The position numbers and the translations under genes are program-made. From IMG/VR virus record IMGVR_UViG_3300019487_000022, positions 25,241-89,240 of that record: a stretch of 64,000 nt of DNA, one strand, 5' to 3'. Each line of letters starts with the position of its first letter. The stretch's first letter is position 1. The notes below the pieces were generated by a model. That model was not told the DNA's origin. It worked only from the letters and a program-made list of their open reading frames with translations, and did not search any database. Below are positions 1 through 9,257 of this stretch, piece after piece. The DNA comes from a virus.

Positions 1-1980
1 GTTAGATGGTTGATTATCTAATCGTACAGAAACAGAATTACTATCTCCTTCTGCAACAGTTATTTGATTAGATGACAGAACTATATTTGGGGTTACAGGT
101 GGAGGATTTGTATCTACATTTGTAATCTCAATAAAATTAATTTTGTTATTACTTGATCCTGCACCATTACTTAGGGTTAATCGTCCATCATTTACAACAA
201 CATTAATTGTATTATCAAACCACCGTTGAGATGTTGTTGGAGTTCCACTAATGATAGATTGTCCTTCAGCATTTATTCTAAAAACGCTATCCGTATGATT
301 AGGATCTCCAGCAACCAATCTGACTGCATATGTTCCATTAGGAAGTTCTATCTCCCATTGTTTATTGCCGCCTTGCTGCATATGATTAAGAGTATCGAAT
401 CTCTGATCTACTGAATTAGCAGAATTGCGATCTCTAGTACTTCCTGTATTTACTTGATTCCATCCGTAATTGTAATCGCCTCTGTCTCCAAATACTAATC
501 CACTATCTACTAGATATCCAGTGGGAATTGGAGCATTTGAAGGTTGAAAGTTAATACGGATATATCCTTGTGGTGGAGGCGGGTTATTTGTATCATTATC
601 ATCTTCAGTCGCAGATAATGTTTGAGTTGTCAATCCAGAAGAAGCAAATGCAAATACCGCGTTGCCATCTATTGTATCTATATCTTCATTTGCGTTAATT
701 TGTACTGATTGTGCTTGATTCCAATTTTGCGTGGTAAAAGTTAGAGTTGAGAATTGAGAAATTAAATCGCTATCACCGTTTTGTCTGTTGATGTTAATGA
801 TTACGTTATTAGAGGGTTGCGTAGCCAAAGAAACGTTAACGGTACGATTACTTCCCTCTGGAATAACTAAGTTATTTGTTGAAAGTATAATGTTTTGTTG
901 TGGTGGATTGGGTATAGAACCACCACGAGGATTCTGACTTGTATCTATTTGTAAAGATAATCCGTTAGCAATTCTTTCCCACGGAATAAATTTAAAGTTT
1001 TGATTACCAGAATTAGAACCATCTTGAGTTACAAAAATCCCTTGGGAAAAACCATTGCCTAATCCTAAACTTAATACTTCAATACCATCCGAATCTGTAA
1101 CTGCATCAACTGTTCCTGATCCTATATCAAAGGTTCCTAAATAAGCACCTGTATTTCTATTATAAACAGTATATTCATCTGCTCCTTGACTGGAACAAAG
1201 CAAATATCCTGCTCCATTAGCCATTTCATAAACTGCTAATCCTTCAACGTCTGCTGTTAAATGTCCGCTTCCACCTGTCGTATCGATTGCTACACGAGAT
1301 GTTCCGGCATTTGGTTCAGCACTGTATCTCCAAATCCCTTCTTGTTCTTCTCCAACATATAAGAAACCCTTATCATCGTCTGCAACCATTGCTTCAGTTG
1401 TTGAACCTACATCGAAGGTACGAACTATCTTTCCATCAATCTTGCCTGCGCCATTATCAAAAAGTTCCCATTGTTCAATGTTTCCACCATCGCTTCTGGA
1501 ACTTAAAAAAGCATAAAATTTGCCGGAAGTTGGACTTTTGTAAAGAGCTACACCATAAACTCCACCATCTAACCCTGTAGATAATGTGCGAGCTGCAATA
1601 TTTTCTAATGCTCTTGTATTGGGATTGACTTTAAAAAGAGATAAACTACCGCCACTTACTCTTCTGCTGGCTGCTACTAAATCAATGGTTTCATTTCCTA
1701 ATTGAAATCCATAACGAACATCTATATTATTGGTAGCCCCATTAGCAAAATAGCTAAGTTGTTGACCTTGAAGATTATATACGGCAATACCGCCGCCAGA
1801 TGCTTTGTCTGTACCTATTACTGTACTTAACGATGGATTTGTAGGATGTACCCATATGGCTATATCGTCTGCAGAATCCCCGCTATGAGGTACGGGGGTT
1901 GTTTCGACACTAGCGGTAACTGTTGCAAATAATGTACGATTTTCAAGATGTTCTATGATGTGAGAATTATTCTGCGACAT
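1..1980 (-). CDS. Beta-propeller (3-)phytase with planctomycete-type leader, followed by Calx-beta-like and carbohydrate-binding-like domains; truncated at the window edge
   Basis: Missing from the ORF track because it runs off the edge. Manual translation from the ATG at 1980 (GGAG 8 nt upstream) gives MSQNNSHIIEHLENRTLFATVTASVETTPVPHSGDSADDIAIWVHPTNPSLSTVIGTDK...LTADVEGLAVY...SSQG...DGIE...QNFKFIPWE. I saw no in-frame stop in the stretches I translated (1-1260 and the first ~80 codons). Confidence 0.85.
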   Translation of the reverse strand, partial: MSQNNSHIIEHLENRTLFATVTASVETTPVPHSGDSADDIAIWVHPTNPSLSTVIGTDKASGGGIAVYNLQGQQLSYFANGATNNIDVRYGFQLGNETIDLVAASRRVSGGSLSLFKVNPNTRALENIAARTLSTGLDGGVYGVALYKSPTSGKFYAFLSSRSDGGNIEQWELFDNGAGKIDGKIVRTFDVGSTTEAMVADDDKGFLYVGEEQEGIWRYSAEPNAGTSRVAIDTTGGSGHLTADVEGLAVYEMANGAGYLLCSSQGADEYTVYNRNTGAYLGTFDIGSGTVDAVTDSDGIEVLSLGLGNGFSQGIFVTQDGSNSGNQNFKFIPWERIANGLSLQIDTSQNPRGGSIPNPPQQNIILSTNNLVIPEGSNRTVNVSLATQPSNNVIININRQNGDSDLISQFSTLTFTTQNWNQAQSVQINANEDIDTIDGNAVFAFASSGLTTQTLSATEDDNDTNNPPPPQGYIRINFQPSNAPIPTGYLVDSGLVFGDRGDYNYGWNQVNTGSTRDRNSANSVDQRFDTLNHMQQGGNKQWEIELPNGTYAVRLVAGDPNHTDSVFRINAEGQSIISGTPTTSQRWFDNTINVVVNDGRLTLSNGAGSSNNKINFIEITNVDTNPPPVTPNIVLSSNQITVAEGDSNSVSVRLDNQPSN

Positions 1981-2096
1981 AACATAATCTCCAAAAGAAA
2001 AGACTTCATTTGTGCATTTATAATAATCACAATAAAGTCTTATTTAATGATTTTCTTATTATTTATATTACTTATCTTTTCTATGTTACGGGAGAA

Positions 2097-3272
2097 TTAA
2101 ATCGCAATTCCATATTTAACACCAAGATATTTCTCAATTCTTTTTCTACGACTTGCATCTAAGTCATCACGAAATAAAAGAATAGCAGCAATATATCCGG
2201 TAAAATAACCGCCTCCATTATCTGTTCTTCTCCCTATTCTAAGATTTGTGGTACTAACGTTTATTGCGCCTGTACCTAATGCTGATTGTTGCAAAATACC
2301 GTTATAATAGAATTGCAAAGCAGAATCCGATGAACTGTATCTACCTGTCCATATTTGCCATTCGTTTGCTGTGATTATTCCTGTAGCAGAAGGGTGAACA
2401 AAACCACCAGATAAATTTGTTGGATTAGATGCACGTTGGTTGAAAATTTCTACTGAAAAAGAGTTTCCACCAGTTCCCCATTTGTGTAATAATACACTGT
2501 TTGCTATAGATACTGGCTTAACCACCAGAAAGGATACCAAAGATGTAGTAAAGTCTAATGATGATTTGTCTGTAATTTCTAGATAATCATTGCTACCATC
2601 AAAATATAAAGAATCCAAGCCGTTTAATGTCGTACCTCTTCTAAATGTCGGTCCAGAATTAGAAGTAGTCGAATTTCCATTTCCGCTTAAATCCGTCCAT
2701 ACGTTAATAGTTGAACCCTCTGCAGAAGTAATTGAATCAGATTCCAACCATAAAGATAATCCCTCAAAATCATTATCTTCAGTTATTGAAGCTGATATAA
2801 CCAAATACCAATTATTACCACTTCGTCGAATTATAAAAGGTTCGCCGCCAATATGAATTTCAGATTCTTCATCTATACTAGATAAATTTACTTGATGAAG
2901 TACTAAACAACTTCTTGAAACTGCTAGTGGAATGCCGGAAAAGATGGTTTCATCATCTATATTAAGCTCATCTGTACTTAACGAAACTGATAATACAGAT
3001 TTGTAACCTTGTTTTTTAATTGCTAATGGATTCCCATTTAGATAAACGGGTGCAACTGAGGCTTGAGTATTTTGATCTATTATTACTGCTAAAGAATATC
3101 TTCCATCTTGTTCTAAATATAACGTTAATGGTATTCCTGACACAAATATTTTTTCTGTTGTAGAAACAGAGTTGTTAGATAATATAGCACCAAGTATTAA
3201 ATCGTTGTTTGACGATAAATTAGCTGATAAGAATTTTGTTCCAAATAATATTTCCATATTAACTACTAACAC
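2097..3272 (-). CDS. LamG/concanavalin-A-like domain protein, possibly virion-associated
   Basis: C-terminal LSLWLESD...WTDLSGNGN...LYFDGSNDYL...FTGYIAAILLF...IEKYLGVKYGI is the LamG-like pattern. Confidence 0.65.
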   Translation of the reverse strand: MLVVNMEILFGTKFLSANLSSNNDLILGAILSNNSVSTTEKIFVSGIPLTLYLEQDGRYSLAVIIDQNTQASVAPVYLNGNPLAIKKQGYKSVLSVSLSTDELNIDDETIFSGIPLAVSRSCLVLHQVNLSSIDEESEIHIGGEPFIIRRSGNNWYLVISASITEDNDFEGLSLWLESDSITSAEGSTINVWTDLSGNGNSTTSNSGPTFRRGTTLNGLDSLYFDGSNDYLEITDKSSLDFTTSLVSFLVVKPVSIANSVLLHKWGTGGNSFSVEIFNQRASNPTNLSGGFVHPSATGIITANEWQIWTGRYSSSDSALQFYYNGILQQSALGTGAINVSTTNLRIGRRTDNGGGYFTGYIAAILLFRDDLDASRRKRIEKYLGVKYGIAI

Positions 3273-4362
3273 AGGAAAATGACAGAACCTCTACCATATC
3301 TTTATCGTCAACAGAAGGGGAACTAGGATGCATAATTTTAGTCAAACGAACAGCGTTTCTAATTTGTCTGCCATTAAGAGGCTGTTTAACTAAAATATCA
3401 TAACTTCCTGTGTAGTTAATACTAGCTTGTTTAAATAGATTTGCCCAAATCTTTTGTTTTGAATCATTATCCAACTTTGGATAATCTATTCTAATTGTTA
3501 CTCTTGATTTTAGAGCAAAATCTAATACATCAGGGATATTGGTTGTTAAAAACATTACCCCTCTATAATAATCCATCAATCGTAAAAAGACTCCAACAAT
3601 TGCTGAACGTTCTAAATCAGAATCTCTTGTTCTTAAGAAAATATCTACTTCGTCAAATAGTAACACAGCGTTCCATTTGGCTACTCTTGCAAATATAACC
3701 GATAAATTCTTTTCAACAATATCAACTTTAGTTCCTAATTCACTCATTTCCAAAACATATAAAGGACGGTTCGTGACTTCTGCATATACTTCGGCTGTTA
3801 ATGTTTTTCCTACCCCTGTATCGCCACATGCCAATATAACCAAGCCGCCATGTTTTCCCTTTATAATATCCCCCATTAATAATTCTGTTGGCGTATGAAA
3901 TATATTGGTAAGCATACCTGTTATTTTGGGAGGCAATACCAACCATTTCATCGCATCATTATCAAATTCGTAAGTTTGAATATCTCGAATATCAACATAA
4001 CAGTACTGTTTATGGTCAAGGCTAAAGATTCTAACAAATGGTAATTTTGTTTCTTGTTCACCTTTTGAACGAGAAGAATATGTTTGATTTTTGTCTAATT
4101 CTAGCGATGATTCAATTATAGCATTTCTTGCAAATGTCTTTGTTCCCAACGGGACATTATCAAAACCTACAAAATAATTGGAATATTTTCTAGGTTGTAA
4201 AACTGAGTTAGTTACTCTAACTAACTTACCTGATTCTTCCGCTGTTCTTTCTGCATTTAATAGTAATATATTATGTTCTGCAACAGGAATTTGCGCTTGA
4301 CGAATTCCAAATACTCCTAACAAGTCTCGTATCTTACGCGGTGTTTTTTTGTCCAACACCAT
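3259..4362 (-). CDS. AAA+ ATPase
   Basis: Walker A GDTGVGKT, Walker B LLFDEVD, sensor FLTTN and SRH-like ALKSRV. Confidence 0.9.
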   Translation of the reverse strand: MVLDKKTPRKIRDLLGVFGIRQAQIPVAEHNILLLNAERTAEESGKLVRVTNSVLQPRKYSNYFVGFDNVPLGTKTFARNAIIESSLELDKNQTYSSRSKGEQETKLPFVRIFSLDHKQYCYVDIRDIQTYEFDNDAMKWLVLPPKITGMLTNIFHTPTELLMGDIIKGKHGGLVILACGDTGVGKTLTAEVYAEVTNRPLYVLEMSELGTKVDIVEKNLSVIFARVAKWNAVLLFDEVDIFLRTRDSDLERSAIVGVFLRLMDYYRGVMFLTTNIPDVLDFALKSRVTIRIDYPKLDNDSKQKIWANLFKQASINYTGSYDILVKQPLNGRQIRNAVRLTKIMHPSSPSVDDKDMVEVLSFSCVSS

Positions 4363-4852
4363 CCCTGAACCAATTACGAGATATCATTGCGTACATATTC
4401 TCTGTAGTATCGCAAATACGAAGATTAATAGTTATTGTTAAAGTTTTATCTCGACCAGAAGTTGATAGACTAAAAGAAGAAAGATACCAACGGTCTTTAA
4501 GTTTTATTTCACAATTGTATTCTTTATCTAGTTTCATTAGTTCTGCTCCCATTTCGGAAGGCGAACTAACAAATGTATCAAATATTTCTGTAGGGTTAAT
4601 ATCTTTTAAGCTAACTCTTTCTTTAGTACGATAGAGTTGAAAAGAAATTTGTACCCTTTGATTTGGCGTGATTCTACCATCGTCTAGAATAGCTTTTAGT
4701 AAACCATGAGGAATATTTTTTATGTCGGTATTAATTCCATCGCAACTAGGATTTGCAGCAAATTGACTGCTTATCCATTGCTTTTCAATTTCATCTAATT
4801 TACCATCTGCAGCAATTTCTTGAAGAATGTGGGACGATAACTTTATTTTCAT
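4334..4852 (-). CDS. Hypothetical protein
   Basis: 172-aa ORF packed into the minus-strand operon; overlaps the AAA gene start. Confidence 0.55.
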   Translation of the reverse strand: MKIKLSSHILQEIAADGKLDEIEKQWISSQFAANPSCDGINTDIKNIPHGLLKAILDDGRITPNQRVQISFQLYRTKERVSLKDINPTEIFDTFVSSPSEMGAELMKLDKEYNCEIKLKDRWYLSSFSLSTSGRDKTLTITINLRICDTTENMYAMISRNWFRDGVGQKNTA

Positions 4853-4914
4853 GATTCCATGAATAAATGTCCGTCCTAAATATCTGGAGAGGCTCTTTCA
4901 GGTTGAATAAAATT

Positions 4915-5305
4915 TTATTCGCACAAATCATATTGATGTGAAAACAAGCCAATAGCATTTCGATGATGATCACAAGAATCCGCATATTTTTGAGTCTGAC
5001 GCTGAATCTGAAAATCTATTGGTAGGTTAGTAACACTAGATAAATAATGAGAAATAGAAATACAAATTATTTTCCATTGCGCATTTTCTCCAAAACTATC
5101 CGTTACTGGAAAAAAGCCTATCATATTCCTTATCTTCTAAAATAACGCGAATATCTACGTCTCGCCAATCTTGTTTGCGTAATACCGACCCAACAAGATA
5201 AACCCCACCGTGAGATCCAAAAGCTCGCCACAACGGTATACAAGCCACATCTAATTTGAAATAAGATGTAGTTGTTAAATAGTGAGCGTAGTGTTTTTTA
5301 GTCAT
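4915..5305 (-). pseudogene. Minimal nucleotidyltransferase (Pol-beta superfamily) split by a frameshift at 5110-5115
   Basis: N-half has YLVGSVLRKQDWRDVDIRVIL (GS...DxD). The C-half (WKIICISISHYL...LPIDFQIQRQ...RNAIGL) lies in the +1 frame after CTT TTT TCC. Confidence 0.6.
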
Positions 5306-5324
5306 TGGAGTTTTAAGATAATTA

Positions 5325-5618
5325 TTAAGGATGAGGAATATTAGCTTCTTTTCTATAAAGCTGACAACTTTCCCCACCTACCTCAAAATCCTTACAGACT
5401 GCAGGACGATGATCATAATGTTTACACTTTCCGGTAGATACATCAAGCCACATACATGGAATAGCATCATCTGAGTATCGCACAGAATTAACATAAAGAT
5501 CTATTTCTTGCTTAAATTCCGATGGTGGTTCATCTCCATCCATGTATGTAAAAGGAGGGACATTCATATGCATACAACACATACCACAATCATTGCAATT
5601 AACTATGGGTAAATGCAT
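5325..5618 (-). CDS. YkgJ-family CxxCxxCC cysteine-cluster (Fe-S/Zn) protein
   Basis: CNDCGMCC...CMWLD...CKHYDHRPAVCKDF. Confidence 0.8.
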   Translation of the reverse strand: MHLPIVNCNDCGMCCMHMNVPPFTYMDGDEPPSEFKQEIDLYVNSVRYSDDAIPCMWLDVSTGKCKHYDHRPAVCKDFEVGGESCQLYRKEANIPHP

Positions 5619-6028
5619 TTTATATTCCCATGTTTGTTGAAAATTTCTTGACCCATACTATAAGCTAATACGCATGTTCTTATTTTTCTTATCTCATCGT
5701 ATATTTCTTCATATGGTTTATTCTCGGCAATAGATAGATAAGTCGCTATTACGTGTGGGGATCTGCTTCTTCCTTGTTTGCAATGTACTAAAACAGTATG
5801 ACCTTGTGATATTAGATTTTGCAAATCCTTAACTATGTTAGCAGTTTTGATTATTGCATCATCTGCCTTATCTCGCATAGCAGACTTTACAGAAATAACT
5901 CCGCGATGATGTTCGGTAGCAAGTTCTTCTGCAACATTTAAAATTGCAGTAATTGGTGATTTTAATATGTAAATAAGACGGGCATCGTGTTTATCACCTA
6001 AATATAAGTTATGACGTATCTTGTCCAT
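5603..6028 (-). CDS. Dual-specificity protein phosphatase
   Basis: Catalytic loop VHCKQGRSRS (HCxxGxSRS); N-terminal LYLG motif. Confidence 0.85.
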   Translation of the reverse strand: MDKIRHNLYLGDKHDARLIYILKSPITAILNVAEELATEHHRGVISVKSAMRDKADDAIIKTANIVKDLQNLISQGHTVLVHCKQGRSRSPHVIATYLSIAENKPYEEIYDEIRKIRTCVLAYSMGQEIFNKHGNIKCIYP

Positions 6029-6104
6029 ACGTATACTTACAATTTATTGCTATTATACACCTTTATTTGATAAATAACTATATTGTATGATTGAATTTTA
6101 GATA

Positions 6105-7211
6105 TTATTTTTCCCTAAAAACTATCTTTGCAAATTTTTGTAATAGTGTTGGAGAACTATTTTCTCGCCTCATTCTATTTATAGTTGAGTTAGTTTTTTC
6201 TGTTTTTCTAATAATATCTTTTATTATTTCATTATCACTTATTTCATCTTTTTGACTTATATTTGCGTAATCATCTTTAAATGAACAAAAAGCATTAACT
6301 GCCCTGGATAACTTCAAATCATCTAAGCATAAATCATCACAAAGCATCATCTTTTTATAGCCAATATCATACAACCATGCTAATTCTGAAAAATCAACTG
6401 CATCAGGTACAGAACGACTAACACAGGATAAAAGAATTCTGGAACCAACAATTGCATTAGGATCAGCCTGAATAATAGTTTTCATGGCGTTAAGAATTTG
6501 ATGAGGTTTCGGAACTTCTACATACAAATCACCTCTAGCTGCCATTAAACATAAATTAGATTGACGTTTATAACCTTTTTTAACCCAATTTAATCCTTTA
6601 ATACTTTCAATTTTTGCCACGATTTCTGCGTCTTTTCCTACATATTCTCTTAACTCATCGATATCTCTTTGGCTTTCGACATAGGATAAAACATATTTAT
6701 TAAAGCCTGCTGCTTTTACTTTCTTGATTTTTTCAATTTCATAGTCTGGAAATGTCCCAAAAACTTTAAACGAATCGTCTCTTATACAAATAGATTCCCC
6801 AGTTTTTACATTAAATTTAGGAGCGCCTGGTGCAAAATGAAGAATTTGTTCTCCTGTTATTCCATCTTGAGTAATCTTATTCAAAACCGCATAATCTTCG
6901 CCAGCTTTAAAAAGAACCGTAGTTGGAGTTTTAACCTCAATCTTATGATTTAAGATTATACGTAAATGGTCTTCTTTTGGAATGACTTTACAGATTCTAA
7001 GTTGCCTTCCCTTGATATCATAATATAGAGGATTAGCAGTACCTTCGGATTGACGTAGCTTAACTTGTTCTAACTCTCCATCTAATTCTGATAAATCCAT
7101 CATTGCGCTATTGATTCTAATTCCAGCAATACGATCATCAAAGACAAACTTTTTAAAGTGAGGCATTGATGGAGAAAGCGTAACTAATAGATCTACAGAA
7201 TTAGTTTTCAT
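6105..7211 (-). CDS. Pyruvate-kinase-like barrel protein lacking the C-terminal regulatory domain
   Basis: RINSA, YDIKGRQLR, LSYVES, IVAKIES and LMAARGDLYVEV match PK A/B-domain motifs. Confidence 0.7.
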   Translation of the reverse strand: MKTNSVDLLVTLSPSMPHFKKFVFDDRIAGIRINSAMMDLSELDGELEQVKLRQSEGTANPLYYDIKGRQLRICKVIPKEDHLRIILNHKIEVKTPTTVLFKAGEDYAVLNKITQDGITGEQILHFAPGAPKFNVKTGESICIRDDSFKVFGTFPDYEIEKIKKVKAAGFNKYVLSYVESQRDIDELREYVGKDAEIVAKIESIKGLNWVKKGYKRQSNLCLMAARGDLYVEVPKPHQILNAMKTIIQADPNAIVGSRILLSCVSRSVPDAVDFSELAWLYDIGYKKMMLCDDLCLDDLKLSRAVNAFCSFKDDYANISQKDEISDNEIIKDIIRKTEKTNSTINRMRRENSSPTLLQKFAKIVFREK

Positions 7212-7226
7212 ATTCTTTGCCTTTAT

Positions 7227-8252
7227 TTAATCAAGCAAAGACTTGCTGCTTTTCGAGGCTGAATCCGCTGTTCTACGAGTAATAGAAGCGCCTTTGGGAC
7301 CAGGCAATTTCTTTTGAGTCTTTTTTGCATGGGGCAACCGCCCAGGTTCTCTGCCATGAATAGTTACGAGAGATTTCATAACCACTTCAATCTTCTTTTC
7401 ACCGTCCGCATCCTTTAGTTGTCTGTCTTTCAATTCGTCCTTAAATTCTTTGATTTTTCCGGTAGCTTTAGCAAAAATTCCGAAAATGACATCAACAACT
7501 CTACTTGCTTCCGGCAGTGGCGCAATATGATCTTTACCTAGTAATTCTTCCCATTGGGATTCAATTTTGATATCTGCATCGCTCATTCGGTTTCCAACAG
7601 CGCCATAAGGCTTTCTGATGATATAAACATCCCATTTCTTAGTTAATTCCTCCATGATATCTTTGAGAAACATGGAACTGGATGTTTTAACTTTACAGAA
7701 TTTTTCTGCATGGTCTGTGTACAGTTGTGGATGAATACCTTCATCGCCAATAAAGATTAGGATGGGACGGATAGCATTTGGAGTATCACAATTCCTAGAA
7801 TAGTAAATAGCGGCTAAATCATAACTTTCTTGACAAGAACCTCCACCCCCACCTTCAATAACTAACTTCTTCAATTTCTTTTCCAGCTCTTCGCCAGAAT
7901 CAAAATTCTGTACCTGCAAAGCATATTTATCACAGTAAGCATCACCTACAGCTGCAAATGAAATAGAATAATTATCTCCAAAATAAAACTTAGCTTCATG
8001 ATCAAGATATGGTAGTTTAGAGAAAATTGTAGCGGGCCATTCTCCCATTGAACCAGTTACATCACAAACGATAACAATAGGATTTTCACTGTCTGTACTG
8101 ACTCTATCTGGTACTAAATCAGTAACAGCGATGCCCTTTTTGACAGCATCATCATAACTTCTTCCTGCATGTATATCATAAGCAGCACGGGCTGATTTAA
8201 AAGTATCATGACTTGCCCAAGGCGCCGGTGTATAATCATTATCTTCTGGCAT
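7227..8252 (-). CDS. vWA-domain protein
   Basis: MIDAS-like CDVTGSMG, AVGDAY, GGGG..QESY and IFIGDE. Confidence 0.8.
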   Translation of the reverse strand: MPEDNDYTPAPWASHDTFKSARAAYDIHAGRSYDDAVKKGIAVTDLVPDRVSTDSENPIVIVCDVTGSMGEWPATIFSKLPYLDHEAKFYFGDNYSISFAAVGDAYCDKYALQVQNFDSGEELEKKLKKLVIEGGGGGSCQESYDLAAIYYSRNCDTPNAIRPILIFIGDEGIHPQLYTDHAEKFCKVKTSSSMFLKDIMEELTKKWDVYIIRKPYGAVGNRMSDADIKIESQWEELLGKDHIAPLPEASRVVDVIFGIFAKATGKIKEFKDELKDRQLKDADGEKKIEVVMKSLVTIHGREPGRLPHAKKTQKKLPGPKGASITRRTADSASKSSKSLLD

Positions 8253-8263
8253 TGATTATCTCC

Positions 8264-9241
8264 TTAGATTGGTAAAGGTTTCATTTTTGAAAATCTTCGC
8301 CCAAAAGATTTTTCTCTTACGTCACTTATAGATTGACATAAATCTTCTTTTTGCCAATTTGGGCGAGATAATACATTAAATTGAATCAAGTTTTTAATGA
8401 ATTTACAAATTTCGTCAGGAACAGATGGTGGAACCGCTTTTGAAGTCACGTCTCCACCTAAAGCGTAAATCATCGTCATTCCCAAACTAAAAAGGTCTGA
8501 CTCAGGAATTAATGGCATTCCTTTGGTTTGTTCTGGAGAAGCAAAATACGGCGTAAAACCCTTGTTTTTAGTAGTAGAATTTGGTTTAACTGCCGATAAG
8601 CCATAATCTACCAATACGACAGAATGGCGGTCTGGTTGCACAATGATATTTTGCGGTTTAACATCGCCGTGAACTACGCCATGTGTATGTAAATATCTGA
8701 GAGCATTTAAAACACGTTCTGTAATCCAACAAACATGTTCAGGTTCTAGTTTGCCATGTTTTTCTACTATTTGTCCTAATGTCGCGCCAGGAACATAACT
8801 CATTACAATTGCTAAACTATTATCATCTAATTTGATTATTTCTCTAATTGCCGGAATAGCCCAATGTCGCAAATCCCAGATAGCCTTAGCCTCTTCTTTC
8901 ATTATCTCTTCGTCTTGCAAACTAATTTGATTTGCATGCTTAATGCAAACATGTGTTCCTAATAATTCATGGCGGGCTTTATAAGTTGTTCCAAATCCCC
9001 CTTCTGCAATCGCGTCTTCTAGAATATAATTTCCAATTTTCTTTACTTTCTTAGGCGAATTTTCCTTATCATAAGCTGAGCGTTTATCTGTGTTTAAAAG
9101 TATTTCTTTTGCTTCATTTAAGTCTTGTAAAATTTTAGGGTTAGAAGCATGTTTAAGAGCTAAAGTTCTGTATGCCATATGAATGACTTCTTGACATGCT
9201 TTAGGATTTACCTCAAGGATGTTGTAATAATTCTTTCCCAT
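8264..9241 (-). CDS. J-domain (DnaJ-like) plus Hanks-type Ser/Thr protein kinase fusion
   Basis: N-terminal YYNILEV...AYRTLALKHAS...LNEAKEIL...RSAYD. Kinase motifs IAEGGFGTTY, VCIK, HGDVKPQN, DYG and ASPEQ. Confidence 0.88.
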   Translation of the reverse strand: MGKNYYNILEVNPKACQEVIHMAYRTLALKHASNPKILQDLNEAKEILLNTDKRSAYDKENSPKKVKKIGNYILEDAIAEGGFGTTYKARHELLGTHVCIKHANQISLQDEEIMKEEAKAIWDLRHWAIPAIREIIKLDDNSLAIVMSYVPGATLGQIVEKHGKLEPEHVCWITERVLNALRYLHTHGVVHGDVKPQNIIVQPDRHSVVLVDYGLSAVKPNSTTKNKGFTPYFASPEQTKGMPLIPESDLFSLGMTMIYALGGDVTSKAVPPSVPDEICKFIKNLIQFNVLSRPNWQKEDLCQSISDVREKSFGRRFSKMKPLPI

Positions 9242-9257
9242 TGTAAGGTGTTAGTAT

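Noticed and set aside
4334-4362. Frameshift fusion of the 172-aa ORF to the AAA ATPase at an A7 run
   Set aside because: A AAA AAC is a -1 motif but the AAA frame is +1, and the ATPase has its own ATG.
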